A DNA stretch of 64,000 nt from NCBI RefSeq assembly GCF_006345805.1, contig NC_042998.1:179986001-180050000 (forward strand), in the 5' to 3' direction. Numbering within the stretch: position 1 is the first letter of the stretch; the number at the start of each line of letters is the position of its first letter. Below the pieces are notes generated by a model, which saw only the letters and a list, made by a program, of their open reading frames with translations, was not told the DNA's origin and made no database searches. This DNA is from Octopus sinensis (lineage: Eukaryota). Both the position numbers and the translations under genes were made by a program. Of this stretch, positions 48,606 through 60,152 are shown in pieces.

Positions 48606-48659
<54 letters not shown>

Positions 48660-48665
48660 TATATA

Positions 48666-48968
48666 TCACGTGATCACGAGACCGACCAGACTATCAGATG
48701 TTGCTACATATCGCTGGTCACAATGCGCTTCGCATTGTTTTAGCCTTCAAATGACGTCACCCCGCTGGCTAAGCGAGCAGGCCAACAGAAGAAAGAGCGA
48801 GAGAAAGTTGCGATGAAAGACTACAGCAGGGATCGCCACCACTCCCTGCCGGAAGCTCGTGAAGCTTTAGGTGTTTTCGCTCAGTAAACACTCACAACGC
48901 CCGGTCTGGGAATCGAAACTGCGATCCTATGACCGCGAGTCCGCTGCCCTAACCACTGGGCCATTGCA
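48666..48968 (-). mobile_element. SINE with family-C head and an alternative tail
   Basis: 48820-48968 nearly identical to 21740-21885; tail matches 40920-41032. Confidence 0.88.
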
Positions 48969-49038
48969 CTTACACACACGCACACACACACACACAAACA
49001 CACATATACACATACATATATATGCATATATATATATG

Positions 49039-49117
<79 letters not shown>

Positions 49118-50049
49118 ATATATACACTGTGTAGTGCTGAATTTTATCTCCGTATTTTGTAAACCCAGGATAGTTGTATCGTCCTCCTGTTCTCATCCAT
49201 GCCAACCAATATGAATATGGATTAAGCATCTGTTTTTCTTCTTTACTTACAAGAGTATTGTTATATCACGAAACCGGACTCAAATAATATTTTGGCATAG
49301 AAACAAAACCTTGATAGGAGCGTTGAGAATGTTAGATGGATGAGAAAACTAGCTAAAACTATGGCGAATGGTCTAAACTATCATAGGAGATAAGGAAGTT
49401 GATCCGTCCAAAACCCATGTTGACACTTTCGCGTTTAATGGATAGTCCAAATGATTGATATTCTGTAATTTGTAGGGAGCTTCTAGAAACGGAGGCAAGA
49501 ATAATATATATGTACGAAAAGTAAGATAAATATAACGCATATATATTCGGTTTGTTGCTTGGCAGATGATATATTTATTTATTTTCTTTTTTGCAATAAG
49601 TTTCCTTAGGGAATAAATCTGATGCACAAATTTTTATTTTAGTTTTACTTTTCATTGATTTTCGAAATAGTTCCTGCAACAGTGATTTTTGTTTATTGTA
49701 AACTGACTACATGACACAACAACACGTTTGCTACACAGTAGATGCTATCAAGAACATAACTTATCTTAGAAAAAAAAGGCAACTCTAAATATTCCAATTA
49801 TGGTGGGGATTTTATCGAAAAGCTTCACAATTTGTTTTGTATACTTCAACAGATAATTGACTCCCAGAATATATAAGTATTAGGATTAACAAGAACGAAA
49901 GAGGCAATCGTCATAGAGCAAGAGTCTGTGATACAACTACAAATGCTTCGAAAGACAAGGACGTAAAAATATCTCATTTTGCTAAACTCAAAATGTGTCT
50001 TGTGAAAATACCAATTATTATTATATTCTTTAATTATTATTATATTCTT

Positions 50050-50672
50050 TTATTTTTTTTACTTGTTTCAGTCATTTGACAGCGGCCATACTGAGCACCG
50101 CCTTTAATCGAATCAAATCGACCGTAGGACTTATTCTTTGTAAGCCTAGTACTTATTCTATCGGGCTCTTTTGCCGAACCTATTTCTTTACTACCCACAA
50201 GGGCTAAACACAGAAAGGACAAACAAGGACAGACAAACAGATTAAGTCGATTATATCGACCCCAGTGCGTAACTGGTATTTTATTTAATCGACCCCGAAA
50301 GGATGAAAGGCAAAGTCGACCTTGGCGGAATTTGAACTCAGAACGTAGCGACAGACGAAATACCGCTAAGCATTTCGTCCGGTGTACTAACGATTCTGCC
50401 AGCTCGCCGCCTTTTGCCGAACCGCTATGTTACGGGGACCTAAACACACCAGCATCGGTTGTCAAGTGATGTTGGGGGGCGGGGGGGGACAAACACAGAT
50501 GCACAAACATACACACACACACACACACATAAATATACATATATACAACGGGCTTCTTTCAGTTTCCGTCTACCAAATCCACTAACACTTGCCGTAGGTT
50601 CCACGCAGTGGGACTGAACCCGGAGCCAAGTGTTTGCTAAGCAAGCTACATACCACACAGCCACTCCTGCAC
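50050..50672 (-). mobile_element. SINE family B interrupted by a nested SINE family A
   Basis: Family-B tail at 50050-50180 and head at 50424-50672. Confidence 0.88.
50181..50410 (-). mobile_element. Young full-length SINE family A with 13-bp TSD
   Basis: TSD CTTTTGCCGAACC at 50168-50180 and 50411-50423 (the first bases may overlap the SINE head). Confidence 0.92.
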
Positions 50673-50896
50673 CTATATATTATAATAATCAATGCTTTCT
50701 TTCATTAGCACAAAACCAGAAATTTATTGGAGGGCAATATGATTGATTCAATAAACATAGTACGTATCTTATCGATCAAGAAGCGTTCGACTTGCCAAGA
50801 ATTTCCAGGTCCATGTGTGTTGTGCTGCATGCATGCAATGAGCCAAGATCTTGTTTATGAATTGATGATGATGATGATGATAATAATAATGATAAT

Positions 50897-50951
<55 letters not shown>

Positions 50952-51382
50952 GCCCTGATGCAGTAATAATGATTAAGGAACCTATAAAAAAACAAGAAAA
51001 AGAATGGCGAACGGATAATCATAAATACAATAAATTAGTTGATTTAGGGGTTACACACTCTACTACGCAGCCCCCCTCCAAAATCATACAAGAAAAAACT
51101 CATATTGTAAATACCCAACTAAAAAATGAACAAAGCGCCCACAACATGTGCCATAGAAGGCCGATACCCGACAAAAGAACACAACCTACGTTACACAAAC
51201 AATACTCAAAATAAAAACTAATACAACAGAAGACTCAAGCAAAACCCCATAACAAAACGTACTGATACAATACAATATCCCCCTCCCCCCGCCAAAAAAT
51301 GCAGCACACACCACTCCAACCGCAGAAAGATGCAACAAATGATGCAATAGAAAGTTGCTTGAAAGTTGCTTGAAACATTCAG

Positions 51383-54337
51383 ATGTCGAAAAATAATAAT
51401 GGTGATGACGATGGTGACGAACGTTACCTTACCTCAGTTTATGAGAGACAGGAGTTTCCGATAAACTTTGGTTGTAACAGCGAGAATGAAGCTGGACCTT
51501 TAAGGGAAGGCCTCTCGCTCGGCAGTGGATCAGTAAAGATGCAGACTGACCACAGCTGTTATCCGAATACCGCATCGGCAGATAATAGAGCAAGGAGGAG
51601 GAAGTGGACAAGCGAAGAAAACAGGATAGTGATGCAGTGCCACTTAGAAAGTGAATCTAAAAGAAGGAATTATAGAAAACGGCTGTTAATATTTTGTGTA
51701 GAGAAGGGTATGTTTAAAGTAACTGAGCAGAGATTAGTTGATCAAGCTAATGCTATTAGGAAAAGAAAGTGGATGACAGAATTGGAGGTAGAAAAGATCA
51801 CAAGAGAACTGGAAAAAAGATCAGGCAGTGGGAAAGACAATCAACAACATAAGAGATGCAGTGGGAAAGACAATCAACAACATAAGAGATACAGTTTAAA
51901 TCAAAGAAAAACCTAAAGAAAAAAATAATAATAGTGCTACCAATAAGGAAGGGACGACTAGCATCAATGACTTAAGGAATTTAAGTGAAGAAGATCAGAA
52001 GATTTTAGATGAGATGCAGGAAGTAATGAGTAAAGAAGCAAGAAAAAAAGACTGCCAGCATTAAGAGACATCTACAGAAGGAAGCTACAAGAAATGACTA
52101 GGAAAGTAGATTCTGTTATCAGGAGGATAGATACTAAAAATATAGGAGGTACTAACTTATCGATCTACGCAGGAGGGGTAGTTATCATCAGAAGATTAGA
52201 TATCTCACAGTGAAAGATTAAAATAAGAGCAAATGTGGAAAAAGAGACTACAAAATAATGGGAAAATTTTAAGACAAGATCTGAGTAGAATAGAAGCCTG
52301 GAAACTGAACAAGTTAGGAAAAACAAGATGCAAATCATCCCTCAAGAAAAGTTACTTAGTCAATGATAAATGATTTGGGACAGTAACAGAATTGTTGAAA
52401 CAGCGTATCATAGCAGTAGCAGGCAAGCTCTCCAGATATCAGAAAAGAATAGATCAGTATCAACAGAATAGATTATTTGAGACAGACCAGAGGAGATTTA
52501 TAATCAAATAAATAGTGGAGAACGAAGTACCGAAGATGAGAAACCTAATTCAGAGGAAGCTAGAAATTCCTGGAGTAATATCTGAGATAAACAAGTCAAT
52601 CGTAATGGAGATGCTCTATGGTTAAAGAAAGTGAGGGAAGAAATAGTGAGTGAGAAGCAGTCAGTTCTAAGATTAACTAGACCATTAATGAGTAAAGTGT
52701 TAGGAAAATGCCGAATTGAAGGGCCAGGGCCAGATTTAGTTCAAGGATACTGGTTAAAGAAATTTAGTAGTTTACATGGGAGGCTGAGGGAACAACTTCA
52801 GGATTGCCTTAATCGAGGAATAATACCAAATTGGGTGACTAAAGGGAGGACAATACTCATTATGAATGATAAGAGCAAAGGTAATACAACTAACTACTAT
52901 AGAGCAGTCACTTGATTACTATTAGTGTGGAAGCTGTTAACAGCAATGCTTCCAGAAAGCATTTACGAGCATCTTGACAACCAGATGTTGCTACCAGAAA
53001 AACGGAAATATTGCAAGAAGTAGACTAGAAGAACGCATGTGATCTATTACATATAGACAAAGCAGTTCTAAATGAAGTAAAAACTAGAAAGAAAAATCTA
53101 ACAATAGCATGTATAGATTATAGGAAAGTCTATGACATGCTCCCACACTCATGGATAAATGAATGTTCAAGTACATTCAGTATAACAGACAACATAAGGG
53201 AATTAATTGGCTTTAGCATGAAAGAATGGAAAGTAGATCTATACTTAGGTGGCACGCTCTTAGGGAAAGTTAATATCAACAGAGGAATTTTCCAACGGAC
53301 CCGCAATCCCTTTTAATATTTGTTCTGTGTTTGATCCCACTCAGTTTAGTATTTAAGAAGGCAAAGGCAGGGTATCAATTCAGAAAGAGTAATGGAAAAA
53401 TTAGCCATTTGCTCTACATGGGATCTGAAGTTTTTTTTTAGTAAGAATGAAAAAGAGATAGATTCCTTAATACAGACTCTAAGACTCTTCAGCAAAGATA
53501 TAGGCATGGACTTTGGCATAGATAAGTGTGCAATATTAGTCCTGAGAAGGGGACAGGTAGTCAACAGTGAAGGCATCCAATTACCAGATGGCCAGACATT
53601 AAAATCATTGAAAAGAGGATAGAGTTATAAGTATCTAGGAGTATTAGAATCTGACTGAGTACTAACTACAGAAATGAAAACGAAAATTGAGAAGGAGTAC
53701 ATCAGATAGGTAAGGAAGCTAATGAAGTCAAAATTAAATAGTCCGAATCTGGTGAAGGATGTAAATATTGGGGCAGTATCATTACTTAGATGTTCAGCAG
53801 CTTTTGTAGATTGGAAAAATGATGAATTAGCAAAGCTAAGCTGAAAAACTCGGAGGGATTTCAATATGAACGGAGGACTCCATCCAAGGGAACGAGGTGC
53901 AAGATGATACCTACTTAGAAAGGAAGGTGGAAGAGGGTTAATATCAGTAGGAGAAGGTGTGGAGTTAGCAAGAGTAGATATAGGCTTCTATGTAGGTAAT
54001 AGTGAAGAAAGCTTCTTAAAAGCTGCTAGAATCACAGCAAGACATAGGGAAACCAAAACACCAAACGAACTTAAAACTAGAAAAAATAACAGAAATTATC
54101 TGAGTGACATCAGAAGTCGTTGCATGATAGATTCTCAAAGATAGATAGTTATGGCTGCAGAAGGGAAAGCTGAAGAGGGAGACAGAAAGTTTCTTAGTAG
54201 CTGCACAAGATCAAGCATTAAGCACTAATTGGATAAAAGCCAAAATAGACAAAAACCAACACAAATCAAAAGAGGAAAGCATTACTCATAGAGCAAGTGA
54301 ATGTAGCATGCTGGCACAGAAAGGATACAAGAAAAAA
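51383..54337 (+). mobile_element. R4/Dong-like element with N-terminal domain and RT, degraded, lacking its 3' end (copy 5)
   Basis: RRKWTSEEN...YRKR...VTEQRLVDQANAIRKRKW (Myb-like N-term), GPDLVQGYWLKK, GMDFGIDKCA, GGRGL; stops at ITHRASECSMLAQKGY; (TAA)n at 50880-50949 upstream; 5' boundary uncertain. Confidence 0.88.
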
Positions 54338-54354
54338 TATAATTATAATTATAA

Positions 54355-55489
54355 AATGGCAAAAGAGAGAAATGAAGAAAATGGATACAAAGACCAGAAA
54401 AATGTTGACAGCACACGGAGCCATCCATCCTAAGAATGACACCATAAGGCTGTACTTGACCAGAAAAAAGGGTGGGAGAGGTTTGATCAGTTGCCAGGAC
54501 TGTCTCGAAGTAGAAGAAAACAGCCTAGGGTGGTATATAAAAATGCTATTGTGCCACTGATGAAACCGAACAAGAAGGGCGGCCTCATCAAAACTGAAAA
54601 TTCTGTGACTAAAGAAAACTTTTAGCAAGAAATGAACAAAAATAAAAGGGAAATAAAAAGCATGGAAGGAAAAGAAAATGTATGGTCAGTTTGCAAGAAA
54701 TGTGAACGCCAACACAGATACAGATGACCGGTGGTTAAGAAGAAGTAACCTGAATATAGAGACAGAAACACTCATATGCGCAGCTCAGGAACAAGAGTTA
54801 GGGACCAATTGTAATAAGTGCAGAATAGACAACACTACCGATAGCGACAAACGCAGAATGTGTGGTGAGAAGGGTGAAACAATATGGCACATCGTTAGCG
54901 AAGCCCGACATTGGCACAACGCGGCTACAAAAGACGCCATGACAATGTGGCAAGAGTGATCGATTGGGAGCTCTGTGGAAACCACGGCCTACAAAGAGCA
55001 AAGACGTAGTATGAGCAAACTCCAGAAGGGGTCACCGAGAATGAGAAATGTCAAATCCTGTGAGATGTAATGATTCAGTGCGATCACCTGACCAGACATC
55101 GGAAACCAGACATTGTTGTGGTGAATAAAAAAGAAAGAACATTTATGATAATCGACATAGCATGCCCTGGTGACAGCAGGATCAGTGTGAAAGAAAAATA
55201 AAAAAATAAAGTGGGAAATACGAAGTTTGCGGTCAATGAAGGGAGTTGACGCGATACCAATAGTAATTAGTGCACTTGGAAGTATCAGCACTCAGCTACC
55301 AACATGGCTGAAATAGATCGGTGTATGTGTGAAGGTAGAAAACCTACAAAGAACAACATTGTTTGGAACTCCAAGAATTCTTCGCAGGGTTCTTGAAACA
55401 TGACCAGTAAAAGTAAAAATCAGCTTAGTCTGCTGACTGTGGACAGCTGATACTATCATACCCAGCAAAATAAGCGATGAGTTTTCATA

Positions 55490-55490
<1 letters not shown>
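54355..55490 (+). mobile_element. R4/Dong-like 5'-truncated element (copy 6)
   Basis: DTKTRKMLTAHGAIHPKNDTIRLYLTRKKGGRGL, ETETLICAAQEQ, RKPDIVVVNKK...IIDIACP, LFGTPRILRRVLE; tail (TAC)n(TAA)n at 55490-55558. Confidence 0.88.
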
Positions 55491-55539
<49 letters not shown>

Positions 55540-55558
55540 ATAATAATAATAATAATAA

Positions 55559-55680
55559 ACCTTTCTGCTATTGGCACAAGGCCTGAAATGTTTGGGGAGG
55601 CGATAAGCCGATTACATCGACCCCCAGTGCTCAACTAGTACTTAATTTATCGACCCTGAAATGCTGAAAGGCAACGTCGA
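55559..55680 (-). mobile_element. SINE family A 3' fragment between (TAA)n tracts
   Basis: GGCACAAGGCCTGAAAT...ATCGACCCCCAGTG...TTTATCGACCCTGAAA. Confidence 0.8.
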
Positions 55681-55692
55681 ATAATAATAATA

Positions 55693-55739
<47 letters not shown>

Positions 55740-56179
55740 TAATAATAATAAACGGAACAAATACCACAAAGCATTCTATCAACACTACTAATCCGGCAGC
55801 GAATTCGTAGCGCTATTAAAATAAAGTTTTCTAATTTTATAAAAAGAAAAGATTAACAGGGCGCCTTTCGTTTGTGCGTTAAACCTTCTATTCATACAGA
55901 CATGAAGGCATTGGATTGGGAGTTCTGAATTCCCTTTTTTTTTTTTACTTTGATTTCTGTTACCTAATTGTATGCTTATTTAGTTAAATTTCAAGCTAAC
56001 ATATAAAAAACGATATTTAAACTAAGCCTTTATCACTAAAATGTCGATATGTTGGAATGATAATAGTACTGAGGCTGTTTAAGGGAGGCTAATATGAGCA
56101 GTTAATTTCAGCTTTAATACAGGCTGCCCTGTTTTCCTCCTCTTCTTCCTCCTTTAGCGGCATAATAGTATCCATGACT

Positions 56180-56219
<40 letters not shown>

Positions 56220-56413
56220 ACTACTACTACTTAACTACTACTACTCAACTACTACAAGATGACAAACACCACACACGTTACACCACATATTATTTTCACT
56301 CTTGCAAAGAAACGCCATTCCATTTTCATTCTGTCAATAGCTTCCAAATTTTCCCCTTCTCCTCTATTTTCTGTCTGTCTGCCTCTCTCTCTGTCTGCCT
56401 CTCTCTCTGTCTG

Positions 56414-56445
<32 letters not shown>

Positions 56446-56995
56446 AGTTCTTCCATATTTTCCTTTCCCTTTCCCACCCTACCAGCTCTTGTGTGAATAG
56501 CAATAATTAAAATTTTCTCATATTTGAAGTCAAATGTTTGAGGTTGAAATCTGTGTTTAGAAAGTGAGCTGATAGTTATTTAATGCCAGGTATTGTCATT
56601 AACGAGTCCTTGGACAGTTTGGTCTAATGTTTTCATAAACTAAACTCGAACTAAGATCAACATATTTTGTCATGTAAGATTGTAGAGTAAACAAGCTTTT
56701 TCTTCCTTTCTTGTCATATAGCAGATGTTTACTCCATAACTCCCCCGCTAAAATAAATAATTAAAATAATAAAATATATAAAAACGAGACTAAAAAGAGA
56801 ATCCTGTTTCAACAGATCAAGTAAATGATATTTCGTCGTAGCGTAATTATATTAAGGGGGTGAGGAGAAAACAGTCAAAAAATCAAACCAATGTATAAAT
56901 AGAAAAGTTATCCAATTTTCTTATTGGACATTCAAGATTGAATAATTCCCTAGAGTTTGAGAGAAAGAAAGAAATTTAGATAGATAGATAGAATA

Positions 56996-57055
<60 letters not shown>

Positions 57056-58042
57056 GGGGAGAAACTAAATGGTAGATATGAAAACCCCATGGGAGAATGA
57101 GGTTTCGGAAGAAATGGAGATATTTGTATTCGTTCCAAGGTAGAAAACGATCTAATTTTTGTTCTGGCAAATGGAAAAACATTTTGGTTTATTTCCAGAC
57201 AACGAAATAATGAAATATAGAAATGTGTTGCATGGTTATTAGGCGTGAACTGTGAATAAGTTTTAATTGCATGTAGGGTACGAATTATTAATCTCAAGAC
57301 AAAAAAAAAAGAAAGAAAAATTAGAAATTATGTATGAACTGTGGTCGTTAGTAGAATGAGAAATGGTACTCTCGACAATAAATTGTTTATTAGTTACCTT
57401 AATAATATTTATTAATTATTGATCTTGTGCCAATATACGAAATCACTGTTTATAGTGTAATCTAAAGTGACTGAACAGCTGAATTAGTAGAATGTTTGGT
57501 AAAACTAAATAATAAATATATGCCTGACGTTATTTAAATAAGTCCCCTGTTTATGTTCTGGGTCCAAATCCAAAACGAAGTCAATATAGCTTTTACCTGT
57601 CAGGCGTCGATTTATTCCGGTTTTTATGTGGTTTGGCCTCTGCTTACGTCCCCCCCCCCCGCCAGGACAATGATGGTAGAGATGTCCCAGAAAGAAATGC
57701 ATTTAATTAGGGGAAACTGTGCAGTAGTTTCTTGAAGAGCGTGATACTTAGGGATCTTAGGGATACATTACCTAATCCCTTCTTCTAAACTCAGTCGAGT
57801 GTGATCTGAGGGAGATGTGGGTGCTATTTCTTGCAGGTGGAATGACGGCATAAAGCCACCTATAGGGACTAACAAATTCAGTAACACATTGAACAAAATT
57901 CTTCACAGTAGTCCATTCTATCCACTTGCATTTTCGTTTCTGCCTGTTATAAATTTGATAAAATTAGCAACGGATTATTTCATAAACATCGAAATAAGGA
58001 AAATAAATAAATACTCATATTGCATGCATGCATTTATACATA

Positions 58043-58856
58043 CGATGTTGTATCAAAAAGCTCCCGGACTAGTTGTGTAGCGTGCCAACAAATGGCAGCA
58101 CACGGCTGCATGTGCAGTGAGAGCTAGCTGTGACCTTCATGAAGCAGTGTGACGAGCGAAATCGCTGTGTTTACTTCGCAAATTGTGAAATTTATGTTTT
58201 GGTGATCACGTGTAGTCTGCGATTTTGTCATAAACAGGAAGTTGGAAGAAAGAACCAATTTTGCGTTAAACTGGGGAAGTCTGCTACAGAGACATTGAGT
58301 ATGCTCCAGCAAGCTTACGCCGACGAGGCAATGGGACACACGCAACGTTTCGGGCGGCACGGACGTTTGATAGAGCCGCAGCTCAACCAAGAGGATTCTC
58401 ATTATTTTTTTGAGAATTCGTCCCCCAGGGGAGACCGTCAATCGAGGGTTCTACTGCAACATTTTGAAGTGTTTGAGGGGGGACATTCGACGAAAACGAC
58501 CGGATTACGACAACAATGCACCGTGTTACCAAGTTTCCCTCACTCGTGAGTTTCTCGCCAAAAATAGCATGATATCACTTCCGCACCCGCCACATTCGCC
58601 ATATTTAGCACCTATCTTTTCCCCAAGATGAAAATGCAGCTCAATGATGGCCGTTTTAACACCGTTGTCGAGATCCAGAGCAAATCGCTGAAGGTCCTCA
58701 ATTCGCTCACGGAAAATGACTTCTAGGTGGTTTCTAAAGTGGTAGGTAAATTGCTGCACAAGATGGTCATTTCGAAGGATATGGTGTTAAAACTTAGGCA
58801 AATAAGTTATTTTTTATCAAACATGACTAGTCTGGGAAATTTTTGATGCTATCTCG
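58043..58856 (+). mobile_element. Internally deleted mariner with both TIRs and TA TSD
   Basis: TA-CGATGTTGTATCAAAAAGCTCCCGGACTAGT ... ACTAGTCTGGGAAATTTTTGATGCTATCTCG-TA; transposase pieces FCVKLGKSATETLSMLQQAY, PPGETVN, DNNAP, HPPHSPYLAP. Confidence 0.9.
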
Positions 58857-58894
58857 TAGATACAAGTTCGGTTGGCTAGCCCACTTTACTCCGT

Positions 58895-59122
58895 GAGGAG
58901 CATAGAGCAGGCTAGCCCGGTTTCTCTAGCTTATATATTCCTCTATGGACGGGAAGCCAGTTCATCGCAGACTTATTCATTTTTACGGGCTGAGTGGACT
59001 GGAGGTGCGTAAAATGAAGTGTTTTGCTCAAGAGCACAAAATATTCCCCAGACCCGGAATCGAAACAACAATCTTGCGATTATGAGTTCAACACCCTAAC
59101 CATTAAGCCATGCGCCTCCACA
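58895..59122 (-). mobile_element. SINE family D
   Basis: CTGAGTGGACTGGAG...GTTTTGCTCAAGAGCACAA...CCGGAATCGAAAC...CCCTAACCATTAAGCCATGCGCC. Confidence 0.8.
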
Positions 59123-59351
59123 CATGAATACATATGTACATACATAACGATTACCTCGCGTAACGTATGTATGTATGTATGTATGTATGTATGTATGTAT
59201 GTATGTATGTATGTATGTATGTATGTATGTATGTATGTGTGTATGTGTGTGTGTGTGCATGCATGCCACTCTCAGTCATCATTTTAGGTTCCTGTGACAA
59301 GAATTGCAAGATGATTGGTTCTATTTTGACTGCAAGTTTTATGTTAAAGTA

Positions 59352-59509
59352 ACAGGCGTGACTGTGTGGTAAATAACTTGCTCACCAACCAGGGTTCCGA
59401 GTTCAGTCCCACTGCGTGGCACCTTGGGCAAGTGTCTTCTACAACAGCCTCGAGTTGACCAAAGCCTTGTGAGTGGATTTGGTAGACGGAAAACTGAAAG
59501 AAGCCCGTC

Positions 59510-59551
<42 letters not shown>

Positions 59552-59770
59552 GTGTGTGTGTTTGAATGTCTGTGTTTGTACCCCCACCATCGCTTGACTA
59601 CCGATACTGATGTGTTTGCGTCCCCATAACTTAGAGGTTCGGCAAAAAACCGATAGAATAATTTACTAGGCTTACAAAATTAAATCCTGGGGTCGATTTG
59701 TTCGACTAAAAGCGGTGCTACAGCATGGCCGCAGTCAAATGACTAAAACAAGTAAAAAAAATAAAAGAAT
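59352..59770 (+). mobile_element. Full-length SINE family B with internal (TA)n(TG)n
   Basis: tRNA-like head with GAGTTCAGTCCC, CCTTGGGCAAGTGTCTT core, tail GCGGTGCTACAGCATGGCCGCAGTCAAATGACT. Confidence 0.9.
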
Positions 59771-60075
59771 TAGATAATGTTCTTGTAGATATAAAATATC
59801 TGAAAGAAAAAAAAAAGGTGAGATGTTCACAAGTAAACTTTTGACCATAAGTCAACTAGATTACGGATCACATAGGCTAAACAACAATACCTCTTTAAAT
59901 AAACATTCTTTTTGGGTGCCTTTTATGTTATAATTCTGAGGGAAAATATGTACCAAAAGTCGTGTCTTTCGATATAAGTAGATATTTGCGCTGCTGAAAG
60001 TTAGTTGTTCTTACTCAGAGTGCGTGTCTGTGTTATTATACAGAATTTGTAAACATTAGGAGCAAATTCTCAAAC

Positions 60076-60078
<3 letters not shown>

Positions 60079-60150
<72 letters not shown>
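60079..60150. repeat. (GA)n microsatellite
   Basis: Read directly from sequence. Confidence 0.95.

Positions 60151-60152
<2 letters not shown>

Noticed and set aside
51480-51560. Possible HDV-like ribozyme at the 5' region of R4 copy 5 (GCC-TCTCGCTC-GGC resembles P3/L3)
   Set aside because: No convincing P1 or P2 partners found by eye; a consensus sequence would be needed
57745-57765. Two TTAGGG hexamers
   Set aside because: Not tandem and too few to be an interstitial telomere
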